Assembly (NCBI GenBank): GCA_951406725.2
Contig: OX597821.1
Span: forward strand, 56,110,001-56,174,000
Length of the DNA: 64,000 bases
Direction: 5' to 3'
Origin: Octopus vulgaris
Lineage: Eukaryota
A program made the translations under genes and the position numbers. The notes under the pieces are model-generated. The model was not told the origin of the DNA, searched no databases, and saw only the letters and a list, made by a program, of their open reading frames with translations. Position 1 is the stretch's first letter. Every line of letters starts with the position of its first letter. This document shows, in pieces, positions 1 to 12,982 of this stretch.

Positions 1-1689
1 GTATAAACATTTTTATCTGCGAAAGCAATGCTTCATTTCTTGAAAATATATCCCCTTTTCTTTTGCGCGTCATTCACAATTATCCTTAGCTTTTTCTTTG
101 CGTTCTCCAGTTAAGGGAAAAACTTTCGATCTTGAAATAAATTTTTATGCACGTCATTCAGTTTTATCACCACCTGTCTATGTTAATTTACTGTTGTCTT
201 AAATATATGATTCATGACATCGCAAAACAGTAATTCAGAAATGAAAACTAAACAATGACCGCATAATCTGTTTAAAACTATTTTTGTGCTCATTGAGTGG
301 ATCATAGCCTGTCAGTGTTTGAAATATCTATATTTCAAAGTGAAGTGTTATTGAAGAAAATTAAAGGAGGAGAAAAAATAAAATTATATTTCTGATAAAA
401 TTACGCGGCCTCTTGACAAAACACCGACCTCCACCCTATTTCGTTACCTACTTTCTGAATTCAGCTCCAGTTGCGAACCAATCTTCGCTTTATATCTCCA
501 TATCTATTAATAAACTTACTCCACAAATCTATTCTTTACATTGCAAATTTTATAATATCATTCAATAGTGAATTTGTGACTAGACTTTAAAACTTTATAT
601 TTATGATAAAACCGATATAGAAAATTAAGATTTTTATTGCTTTGCTAAACGCCATAGAAGTAAATGTAAAATGAATCATAGACAGGTGGAAACTGAAACT
701 GTAACATATAGTAAACACACTAGGTATATAATTTTAAATTTGCATCACCCGATAAAGAACGATTTTCTTATTGTTTGGTGGCAACAATAAATCACTTACT
801 TTGAAGATGTTCTGATCAGGTGTTTCCGCGGCGAACATAATGATATAATAAATCTTACGTTTACACATGACGTCAGGAATACCAACTCCTACTCAGCTGA
901 ATACTAGAGTAAATAATGATTGCAGATGTGTTCTTTTGTATTTTGTAACTTAAAGCATCGTTCTTGTACATCTTAAATAGCATTTAATTATACACGACGC
1001 TAGAGGTAAACTACCAACGAGTTGAATCAGGTATCTGATTTCGCTTCTCACCAGTTTCGGACGAATTGATTTAAGTCAAACAAGCTACTTTCTAACCAAT
1101 CTTAAATCTGAGGTCTTCTACCCCCACCCCACCCCCAAAAAACAATTATGTAATACTTTGAGAGTAGAAAATATTCTATCTTTTGGGTACTTAATGAGAA
1201 TCGTCTTTGTTTTTTTAAGTGATAACATGGAATTAAAAAAATTGAGTTCTTATTAGTCTTATGAGCTGAAATCCTGCCCTCACCCTTTATCCTGCAACGT
1301 ACAGGACTGAACAGAAAAATTACTAAGTGTTGTATCTACTGGTCATGTACTTCATAAGAAAAAAAATGATAGAGAGCAATCTCTATTGATATATTATCAT
1401 TGCCGTATTGTTCCAAATTAAAATTGATAAAAATGAATCTCTGTCATCGGCACCACGAGTGTAGCTCTTGTGTGTGAAATGCTTCCGATTAATCTTTTCA
1501 AACGCACGGGCTCTTAGACAATGCATGAAAGATGAAGTTGTTGTTTGTGTAGTAATAGTAGTATCAGTTATTTTCGGTTTATTTTCTGACCTAGGGTTTT
1601 CATGAATTATTCTTCCTTTGTCTTTCATAGTTAATCATAAATATTATTTTACCATAGTTTACAATCTGGAGTGTTGGCTATATCCGGAT

Positions 1690-2800
1690 CAGTTTTGCAT
1701 TTAGAAATCTTATAAAGTATTCTTCTCTTGCCTTTCATAGTTGATCATTTTCATCGTTTATTTTGTAAAATGGGAATGTTTTAAATTTTCCATTTGCACA
1801 GATATCCAGGTGTTCCCTGCCTGGGACATTCCTAAGAGATGAATACCTAATATGTTGTTTATGCATATCTACACGACTGGTCAGTTTACTCCCTGTCTCC
1901 CCAATGTAGCTTTCATTGCATTGTGAGCATATGATGCAGTAGATGAGGTGTTTTGTTTTGAAATTCGTGTTTACACTTTTAATTCCTTCTCAATCTTTAC
2001 TCTTTTGGTTGCCCCTTGCTCAATTAATTCACATCTCCCACAACGAGGGTCTCCACAGTTGGTTACTTGCATCGTTTCTTTTTCAGATGTGAACCTCGCC
2101 TTTGTAAGAAGTCTCTTGAGGCCAGTTGGTTGTCGTCGACTCTGGAAAATTTGTGATTTTTTAACTATCCGTTAGAGATTTGGTGATTGATGTAGAATTG
2201 GGAGGTATCGTTTTGCTGAGAATAATATGCTGTGGTTTCTAGGATTGTAGGTGGCTACAAGCGGAATATTTGTATTTGCATTTTTGTTTTCACACCTAGC
2301 CTGAGTGGTTCGGGATTTCCTTTGCGTTTGTTATAGCATGTTGAAATAATTTGTTGGAGTATTTTTGTCTCTGAAAGAATATATTAAGTTTTGCAAGTCG
2401 CGTCTCTCGTCTCACGGTATCTGTGACTGTTGAGCTGACGCCACTTGCCATATGAAATGGCATGTTCCTTTTTGTATGGAAAAGATGGCAAGATCTAAAA
2501 ATATAAACATTGGCGTGTGTCTGTGTTCTTGTAGTAGAGGTCAGTTGTGACTGTCTTATTTTCTTTAATTATCAGGATGTCCAGAAAGGGGAGTTCTTTC
2601 CATTTCTTTCCATAGTGAAATGGATTGCGACGTGAATGCTATCTATTAATTTTTTTAAATGTGTACGTTCCTCCTTACTTAGGTTCCAAAATATGAAGCA
2701 GTCATCTAAGGAAGTTTTTTCTATTTTCCTATCAGATAGGTTTGAAAGTGTTGGTCAAAGTAGTTCTGGATAGGGTGTACATTTTTTCTACTAGGCATCC
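1690..2800 (-). mobile_element. Penelope-like element remnant: RT C-terminus/thumb plus GIY-YIG endonuclease (pseudogenised)
   Basis: Manual minus-strand translation gives [65 protein letters not shown] and REEYFIRFL, with frameshifts and stops. Cut off by (CA)n/(TA)n at about 2805. Confidence 0.8.
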
Positions 2801-2803
2801 TAT

Positions 2804-2871
<68 letters not shown>

Positions 2872-2872
2872 T

Positions 2873-2948
<76 letters not shown>

Positions 2949-3005
2949 TATATACATATATATATATGTGTGTGTGTGTGTATGTATATATATATATATA
3001 TATAT

Positions 3006-3202
3006 AAAATTTAAAGGACTGACCACTAAAAGTGGACAGTCAATATTCTAGATATAGACGTCTATATCTAGCATGTTGACTGTTCCATTTTAAGTGGTCA
3101 GTCTTTTAAATTTTGTATGTAAAATATATTTTAATCTTCGGATTTTTTTAATATGCTAGGCCACTGGTTTTAATTGATTAATATCAATTTCTACCCTTAT
3201 TC

Positions 3203-3210
<8 letters not shown>
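3006..3210. repeat. (TA)n-flanked fold-back element: about 110-bp palindrome plus asymmetric tail
   Basis: aaaatttaaaggactgaccact...tagatatagacgtctatatctag...agtggtcagtcttttaaatttt. The tail resembles 30900-31018. Confidence 0.8.
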
Positions 3211-3235
<25 letters not shown>

Positions 3236-3238
<3 letters not shown>

Positions 3239-3390
3239 GACGGGTTTCTTTCAGTTTCCGTCTACCTAATCCGCTCACAAGTATTTGGTCTGTTCGGGGC
3301 TATAGTAGATGACATTTGCCCAAGTTTCCATGCAGTGGGACTGAACCCAGCACCATGTGGTTGGGAAGGAAGCTTCTTACCACACAACTA
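3236..3390 (-). mobile_element. tRNA-derived SINE, 5' half (major family)
   Basis: Matches 29863-30027 (cgacgggtttctttcagtttccgtctacc...gggactgaaccc...cttaccacaca). Confidence 0.75.
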
Positions 3391-3394
3391 TGAT

Positions 3395-3481
<87 letters not shown>

Positions 3482-4099
3482 TGCATTAATACATAAATAC
3501 ATACATGTGCGCATGTGAGTGTATGAGTATGTGTAAATACTCATATACACATAATTGTAAATATAATTTATCTGGCTATAACATAGTAGAACTAACGATG
3601 TATATTGCAAAGGAAATAGCTGCATACTCCTCCAGAAGCACCCAAACTCTATCCAGCCTGAAATTCAGTGAAGTTGACTGGAATTCGGTTAAGAAAAAGA
3701 CCTCAAAAAAAAAAAAAAAATTGACTGGAAGCTCTCTCCCACTGGGAGATAAGGAAATATATATTCCTCATGAGTTCTTAAATACCACTATTCTACAAAG
3801 TGGAGAAGTAACCATAAATTTTACCGACAGATAATGTCAGTAAAATTCTCGAATTTTTTCCTTTATCTCACTTTATTACTGTTATTGAAAGTGTAAAAAT
3901 AAATATATAATCTCTGCTTGAATCTACAAGAAATGGAACTGATGTGGGGAAAATAATTTAGGTTAGTTATTAAGTTACATTTATAGATAATATATTTAGT
4001 GAGACATAAATTATTTAGAAACAGAATTTTGTATTTAAAATGATATAATATAGGAAATGTATGGCCAATAGTGCTTCTATTGTTATTCAAGGACAGCTG

Positions 4100-5230
4100 A
4101 GAGTGATAACTATTGTTAGATCCGATAGAATCTAACAATATTATCCCTTGTAACATTAAGGTATACATTGAGAGAACTAGAAAGAAAGTATGAAAATTCT
4201 TTAAAACTTATAATGTGGGCATTACGTTAGAATAGAATCTTAAGGTTGCGTATATGTTAGGGCTAACTTTGGAACACATATCAAAACTATTTTACTGAGC
4301 TCACAACTTATGTAAGCTGTTTTGCAAATCACCCCGCCGATGTAATTAACTCATTAGTAAATGACGTCTGCAATAGAATATCACACCTCTCTGCTAATGA
4401 GAATATCTTTGGCGTTTATGCTCGTCACTTTAACGAAGTTTTAATAAAAGCGGAATATAAACAATCCATTAGTTATTTCTCCGCGACTAGTGAAATGAGA
4501 GATTATATAATAGAGGGTAGTATTTCTTTGTGATATTATTCTTTTATATAATTACACACAGAAATACAATTATGTGCGATTGTAGAAGTGTAGGAAGTAC
4601 CAAGCTTCTGAATAGAAAAAATGAGAACGAAAATATTAAATATCATAACTATTATAAAGCAACTTCACATAATATCAACTCGAACAAAATAGATTGTACT
4701 GATGAAAGTAGCATTAATAATAATAATCATAATCATAATAATAATACGTACATAAGGAAGTTATACATAAAAGGGAAAACAAAGGTTAGTAATTGCATAA
4801 ATATTAATTCTGACACTAATAGTTCTATGATTGATATTCATAACAATGAGAGAGCTGCTCTGAATATCAGTAATAATAGCGATTGTAGTGATAAATTACC
4901 AACACTAATGTTCCTTGTACGAACGGTAGTAATAGCAGTGATAGTCAAAACAGAACTAAAAACACTATATATATAGTCGTACTGATAATTTACATAATAC
5001 CATTAAAGCGCGCAAATTGATATATCACAAATCCACAAGCCAGCTGAACTTATGAAATGATGATGTAATCTATTTTAACTCGCCCACAACATTATTATGA
5101 AACTATTCTAAAAAGTTATTGCCCCTTAGAGAAAAAATTCCCCCATCGAATAAATATTTCTATAGCTTTAATAAACGTAGGATAAGGATTTCATTTCTGG
5201 ATCATCCTCGCAATTTCGGCTGATTAATCT
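4100..5230 (+). mobile_element. Penelope-like element remnant (RT thumb plus Asn-rich linker)
   Basis: Translation IERTRKKV*KFFK..ITLE, YVSCFANHPADVINSLV..NRISHLSANENIF..FNEVLIKAEY, then DVIYFNSP, resembling PLE SNHP/RIS/IWFNPP motifs. Confidence 0.65.
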
Positions 5231-5467
5231 TGAGATCGCTCCTATCAGGGCAGCCTCAAGGAAAAACTAAGCTAAGAGCATTAGATTTCTTGGAAAAAGG
5301 TTCGAATGTATACGAAACAAGGACAGAAAAACAGACGATGCCACACGAATATAAATACAAAAAACAATAACAATAATAATAATAACAGGACAAAAACGAC
5401 AGACATCTTTCGACTTTAGACAGTTCAACTTAGCTTAGCTGGCGTATTTGAAAAATAATGCCTTACA

Positions 5468-5529
<62 letters not shown>

Positions 5530-5536
<7 letters not shown>

Positions 5537-5975
5537 TAAATAAAATAAAACATATGCATATATATAAACATATATGTACGTACCTACCTCTACATGTACA
5601 TATACACGCATATATGAGTACAGGACACCAAAAGGACGTCGAACACAATGAGAAACGAAAACATAGACACAAACCAAAGGAACTGGACATTTTTTAAAAA
5701 CAGCAAAAAAATAGAGTACAGGACAATTAACACAAAGAAAAAACCCCTTCTTCAGTCACTATGGTTTCATCTACTCTACGTTTCGAAGGATAAAAGCGAG
5801 ACGTATCTTCGACGAGAAACTTTCCTTCCTGCGAAAAGCAAATCAATTAAAATTCTGAGATCTTTTTGCAGAGGGGTAAAAAATGGTAGTAAAAACAGGA
5901 CAGTAACGACAGTACAAATTATAAACAGTAAAAGACAGGACAAGGAAAAACAAGATAAGAAGGGATGTTAACGCC
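5530..5975. repeat. (TA)n-flanked interspersed repeat, probably a PLE terminal repeat; partial reverse-complement copy at 21325-21465
   Basis: 5530-5670 is nearly identical to the reverse complement of 21325-21465; bounded by (TA)n on both sides. Confidence 0.65.
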
Positions 5976-6280
5976 GAACATATATATATATATATATATA
6001 TATACATACACACACACACATATATATTTTTTTTTCTAGTTTCAGCTCAGAGCTGCGGCCATGCTGATGTACCGCCGTTTTGTGCTACACTGTTATTGCG
6101 ATGAACCTCGTCTAATATGTGGCACTTGGTGAAGAATGGAGTTTGATACAGCTACTCTCATTTGCACCTCTTGCCGTGAGGTAGGTTCATCTGGGACTCT
6201 TGACAGGAAGATGTCCAGCTTTGATTTAAAAACCGCTACATCTACTTTGTGCAAGTTCCTCAGATCTTATACAGCTACTC

Positions 6281-8124
6281 TCATTTGCACCTCTTGCCGT
6301 GAGGTAGGTTCATCTGGGACTCTTGACAGGAAGATGTCCAGCTTTGATTTAAAACCGCTACATCTACTTTGTGCAAGTTCCTCAGACTCTTTGGGAGAAT
6401 ATTAAAAAGCTGTGGGCCCTTGAAACCCAGGCTGTTGCAGAAGCTGGTCCTGAAGCGTGATGGCATTGCTGGGATCTTTGGCACTATGCAGTGTCGTCCC
6501 GTTCTAGCATTGGTGTAGCTTACAATGCCAAAATTTGGCACAATTCCTTCCAGGATCTTCCAGACATATATTACTGCATACTTCTCCCGTCTTCTCTCCA
6601 GGGAGTAGAGTCTTAGCTGTTTCAACCTTTCCCAGTAGCTGAGCTGTTGCAAAGAGACGATCTTCTTTGTGAATCTTCTCTGGATTGCTTCAAGGTCCGC
6701 TGTTAATTTTACACTGGTGGGTGACCATAGCTGTGAGCAGTAATCCAGGCGACTGAGGACGAATGTCCGCCAGAGGACCATCATGGTTTCCTTATCTCTG
6801 GTTCTGAATGTTCTTAGGATCCACCCAGCCAGTCGTCTGCACTTTGTCGCCATCCTGGTAATGTGCACTTGGAAAGAGGTATCATCACTCGTGTCGATAC
6901 CCAGGTCCCTCACAGACTTAGGCTCTGGGATTGAAATTCCCTGTGGACCGGTGTATCCTGCAAGTTTAATATTCAGTTTTGGATGCTGGTAGCGCAGGGC
7001 CTGGAATTTTTCAGCATTAAACTGCATATTATTATCCTCAGCCCATCTGTAGATTGAGTCCAACTCCTGCTGCAGGTGTGCAACATCGCTGGGGTTCTGT
7101 ATTTTCTGCGAGACTTTCGTATCGTCTGCATAGCTGGCCAGAGTGGCTATCCGGGCATTTGAGGGCATATCTGAGAGGGCCACTATAAAAAGCAGTGGTC
7201 CCAAGACAGTGCCCTGTGGAACACCGCTCACTATTTGTGTGTTCATAGAGGTGGCTCCATTAACCACTACTGCCTGACTCCTATCTTTCAGGAAGTCATG
7301 CAACCACACTCCAAGTTTTCCAGCTATGCCGAGGTCACGTAGTTTGTGGCATATCATACCATGATCCACCTTGTCAAAAGCTTTTGCAAAATCAAGGTAG
7401 ATTACGTCCACATTTGATTTGTTGAGTAACTGCCTCAACACCCAGTCATAATGCTGTAAGAGCTGGGTCAGGCAGTCCTACCTGGTCGAAAACCATGCTG
7501 GGTATTACTCAGCAAGTTATTTTCCTCAAGGAATGCGATTAGTTTCTTTCTGACTATCCTTTCCATGACTTTGCTGATGTGTGAAGTCAGAGAGATAGGC
7601 CTATAGTTTTTGGCATCTGCTCTACTTCCCCCTTTATGTATTGGGCATATTATTCCCTCCTTCTGCTTGCTTGGCAGTTTGCCATTCGCAAGAAAGCTCT
7701 GGAAGAGAATCTTGAGGGGTTTTGCCAGGGCATGCTTACACGCTTTGAGGAGGATGGCTGGGAAACCGTCTGGACCAGCAGCTGAGTTTGTGTCCACTTC
7801 ATCTATGGCTAGTAGGACATCTTTTTCGCTAATGTCAATACATTCTATTGTAACCGCCTCGCTGGTTATAGGTGAGGCGGCAAAGAAGTACACTGGTTCG
7901 TTCACTTGTCTGTGTTCCAACGGGGTGGTAAAGACACTTTTGAACTGGCCATTCAGCATCTCACTGATCATAGTTGGACTGTCTGTGAGGGAGCCATCCT
8001 TTTGGAGGAGGGGTCCTATCTTGTAGTGCACTGAGACTGTTTCTTTCGCGTAATGAAAGAAGGCCTTTGGGTTTGATTTAATGTTTTTTATAACCCAGGC
8101 TTCTTTGTCTGCTTTCTCCTTCAC
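6281..8124 (-). pseudogene. LINE ORF2 reverse transcriptase segments (7468-8124 and 6281-7441)
   Basis: RT motifs split by a frameshift near 7465; C-terminal LYSLERRR and GPQLFNILP motifs typical of CR1. Confidence 0.9.
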
Positions 8125-9212
8125 ATAGGATTGTTGCAGCCTTTTTCGATCTCCATCAGTGTTGTTTTTAGGTGGGACGTTTCGCTACTTTTGGGATGTT
8201 GGTTGAGACGATTTGCAACCTTCGTCCGTCGTCTCATGAGGATCTTCCTGTCTCTTGGAATCTTGCTCCTATTTGTTTTGGCCTTGTGCTCTGGGACATA
8301 TTTCTGGCATACGGCTTGCACAGAAGACATGAAACATTCTAGTTTCATGTTAATGTCTGGTGTGGAGAGACATTCCGGCCAGTCCTCTCTGAGAATCCCT
8401 TTTTGGATCGATTTCCAATCTGCTTTGTCGAAGTTCAGATTAGAGAGATTTCGGGTGCTTCCTTTAGGCTGTATGTCTCTGGTTACTTTCGGCCCAAACA
8501 TAGACAGCTCTATTATGTTGTGATCCGAAACTGATGTCGGTGTCACTTTCACATCATGAATGATGTCCATATTGTTCGTGAAGCAGAGATCCAGAATGTT
8601 ATTCGCCCTAGTTGGCTTGAGTACAACTTGCTCCATGAATAAGGCATTGGTGAGGTTGAGCAGGGACTTCACCTGTACTTGCTTGCAATGATTCATTCCT
8701 GAGAGTATGTGACCTTCGGGCCATTTGACGTTGGGGAAGTTGAAATCACCCATAAGAAATATGGTCACGTGGTGTTCCAGATTCATGAAGATTTCTTTAA
8801 TTCTTGTGAGGCAATCTTCAAACTTGCCTATGTGATTTGGGGCATCCGGTGGGCAATATGTATTGCATATGACTATATTATGTTGTCTTATGTATACAAT
8901 TAAGGTGTCACATACCGAATTTGAGTATGTCATCAAGACCTGGGGTGTGAGGTCATCTCGGATGTATACAGCAACTCCACCATGGCTCCTTTCCCTTCTG
9001 TCTGTTTGCAGTATGGCATAGTTTGGTATGTGTAATTCTGCGTCCTCTATATCAAGGTTGAGGTGAGGTTCCACAAGTGCTATGCATAGGGCTTGATTGC
9101 ATGCATTAAGATCTCTCAGGAAAGAAATTTTGTTTCTATTTTGATGCAACAGGCCCCCAATATTTAGTAAAAGTATTGGGGTGACGGCTGTGCAGGCGTT
9201 AGGGGAGGCCAT
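8121..9212 (-). pseudogene. LINE ORF2 N-terminal apurinic-like endonuclease segment
   Basis: 363-aa ORF with GDFN, ILDL and SDH motifs; frameshift near 8125. Confidence 0.9.
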
Positions 9213-9986
9213 CCCGTGTCTGTTGACTGTGGTGGTCTTGCATAGTGGTGGGCAGGGTTCCTTCTCAGGTTAACTGCCGGACAATTCTTTCCGCCATGCA
9301 TAAAAAAGACTCTTGCTCAGCTGCTGCGTTGCGCAGAACATCTGAGGAGCGCACTTCGTTTTTGAAAGTTTTCCTGGGAGACATGTGTTCCATCGGTAAA
9401 GTTTTTCTCTTTGAGTCCCCTGAAGTTCTGGCGGGGTGTCGGGTGGGCGAACCGGCAGTTTTTGCCGTCCTCACCATGCCAAAAGGTAGAACTTACAGGT
9501 TCTTCGGTGCCTTCCAGATTTCTTCTTTCCTGAAGTGTACTGGGTGGCATTGGATCCTCCATGGGGTTCTCTGCTGTTTGTGTGGTGGGTTGGGGTTTCA
9601 GCTTTGGTTGTTTTGCCTTTTCCCTCCTTATTTTTGTTCTTGGTCCTTCCTTTTTTCTTCTGTTTTTCTAATTTTTCTAATTTTTCATTTCTTCGTACAG
9701 GGGGCTTCCGGTTTCTGCTCCCTTGGCTCCCCTCTCCTTCACTACTTGGTCGTTCACCGGGGTAGGTGATCCATTTTCCTGAGGAACCCCTGGATCACAG
9801 AGACTTCCGGCTTCCTTCTCTTTTTCGTACTCTTCATCCTTCATCCTATATGAATAAATGAAAGAATGGAGTCGAACGAAGATGTTAACAAAATTCCTTT
9901 ACTCTCGACACATGTTTCTAAGACAGCATATTTTCATTCCGAAAGAATAAAGGGTGACGATAAACATAGGATAATTCATTCACCTA

Positions 9987-10566
<580 letters not shown>

Positions 10567-10600
10567 TATATATCAACTCATGTGTTCCTTTTCACCCTTT

Positions 10601-10674
<74 letters not shown>

Positions 10675-10744
10675 CGAACTGGCACAAACGTTAGCACGTC
10701 GGGCGAAATGCTCGGCAGTATTTTGTTCGTCGTTACGTTCTGAG

Positions 10745-10791
<47 letters not shown>

Positions 10792-11660
10792 CTTTTCTTT
10801 TTTACGTTTTTGTTCCCCCAAGACTACAGATAGAAGTTGCTTTCTATATTATGTCCACGAAAAAGTTTTTTTATCTCATTATACCTTTTAACTTTTATTT
10901 TTTCATATATATTTATATATATATTATAGAGAATTTGGTTTATAGATATATTTTTTACACATAATAATTTTTTCTGTACTCTTCCTTCCATCCTGCATTT
11001 TTTCTTGTGCCTATATAGGCGTGTACATTAGATTCATTTGTACGCGTGTGTGGATATGTACGAGTAGGCGGCTATGTATGTATATAGATGTGGGCTTGTG
11101 TGCGGGCATAAGAATACATATATATATAGACGTTTTTTTGGGGTGGGGGGCGTATGTATAATCCTTTTTTGTGCGTGCGTGTGTATGTATGCGTATATAG
11201 ACGTGTGCAGGTATGTACACATATGGGCGTGTGTGTGTGCGTGCATAAGGGTATGTCCGTATATGAACGTGGTTTACTATTTGTAAACTTCCTTATGCCT
11301 TTTTTCTGTATTGTTACCCTTAACCCTGTCTCTTCTTGTGCTTGTGCGTATGTAGAGGTATGCATGAACTTTTACAGTGCGCACGTGTGTGTATGAGTTT
11401 GTATATATATATATGCATATACATTTGGCGAAATATGCGAGTAAAGATGTATACGTTTTCATAGTGATGTATACGTACGCACGTGGGTGCGGGAGCGCAC
11501 ATGTGTACGTATGAACAGGCATGCTTACGTGTTTACTATGAACTTTTAGCCTTATCTTAATTAGCAGTCATTCGAATTAGCGCTTTTGTATAAGTAGCGG
11601 ACTATAACACAGTAATTTCCCTTTGTATAAAGGTAATTTTTCATAGCGTTTTTCAGATGG

Positions 11661-11728
11661 CCAGATCGCCGAAGAGATGGTGGCGTGGATTTCCACCTCG
11701 GCATCAGAAACTCAGAGTTTTATCTTGG
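11661..11728 (+). ncRNA. Degenerate hammerhead-like motif in a (TA)n-flanked repeat
   Basis: ccagatcg-CCGAAGA-GATG..gtggatttccac..CATCa-GAAA-CTCAGAG-TT-ttatcttgg; proximal stem I is mismatched. Confidence 0.45.
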
Positions 11729-11826
11729 CTACCGAATAATTGTCACATATTATTTTACAGATAAATTTCCTCCTATTTACATAATATTGAGGTCTCTTTC
11801 TTTCTTTTGTTATCTTACCGTTTTTA

Positions 11827-11867
<41 letters not shown>

Positions 11868-11895
11868 CGTGTGTATAATTGTGATTAAATTATAC

Positions 11896-11958
<63 letters not shown>

Positions 11959-11987
11959 TATATAATTATATATATATATATAATATC

Positions 11988-12402
11988 ATGTTCAGTGGAG
12001 TAATTTGAAGTACGTCGTGTGAAGACAGCTGTTTTTATTCCCGCTTCGTGAAATCTGTATATCCAACGTATAGAAGGATATAAAAGTAGCGACGAGGATA
12101 TCCACTTATAAAAGTGATGACGAGCTTATTCGAAGCTTACGTCAGACGTCAAAATTTTCTTTCGATACAAGATCAAAGAAAAATTAGTTAACATGGAAAA
12201 CTTGTTAGCCCTCGTGGTGCAGTTGCAACAGCAGCAACAGCAACAGCAACAACAGTTACAGCAGCAACAACAATACCAACAGAAGCTGGAATTAATGCTG
12301 AATTCCAAAAATACTTCAGGTTCTTTCTCACCAAACGGCATAGTAAACGCAATAGTAGATTTTACTTATAACCCAGAAGATAGTATTACTTTTTCTAATT
12401 AA
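11988..12402 (+). mobile_element. Ty3/Gypsy (Mag-like) LTR retrotransposon fragment: LTR end, PBS and gag N-terminus
   Basis: PBS-like tagcgacgagga at about 12087. ORF 12193-12402 has polyQ then IVDFTYNPEDSITF, resembling the Mag-type gag F-Y-P-E-x-x-x-T-F motif. Confidence 0.55.
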
Positions 12403-12403
12403 G

Positions 12404-12496
<93 letters not shown>

Positions 12497-12520
12497 GTCA
12501 TATATATATATATATATATG

Positions 12521-12566
<46 letters not shown>

Positions 12567-12938
12567 TAAAATTAAAATTAAAATTAAGATTGAGATAGGA
12601 GTCATTAAGAAGCAGTGTCCAAAACTTGTTTCAGGTAAGTACCAGTTAGTGTGCACGTTCACCACTTATGGCTACTAGCTGTCATCCGTAGCACTGCACT
12701 TTCTTCGTTGGATCTACGTAAGAATTTCCTGCTAGGTATGGGTATATCCATTAGCGAAACTTCAAGTGTAATCTTTTCCATCTTCCTGACACTCTCCTTA
12801 CAAGCACATATTTCCTGGTGTTTCGGTTAAGTCCCAGGTAGTGTGGTTGCAGAGCACGCTCACCACTTATGGCTACCAGGCGTCACCCGCGGTATTGCAG
12901 ATTTTTATATATGTACATGTGTGTGTATGTGTGTGTAC

Positions 12939-12982
<44 letters not shown>

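Larger units (their letters stand above)
6028..9847 (-). mobile_element. CR1-clade LINE, near full length (ORF1 remnant plus APE-RT ORF2, frameshifted), 5' truncated
   Basis: Endonuclease motifs (LLNIGGL, HGGVAVYIR, MGDFNFP, PTRANNILDL, SDHNII) and RT motifs (NYRPISLTS, QHGFRPGR, YLDFAKAFD, SGVPQGTVLGP, YADD). 3' end gcatggccgcagctctgagctgaaactag followed by an A-tail. Confidence 0.95.

Noticed and set aside
5740-5825. Minus-strand GAAACGTA and CTGAAGA motifs suggesting a hammerhead
   Set aside because: Stems I and II could not be paired consistently; at most a decayed remnant.
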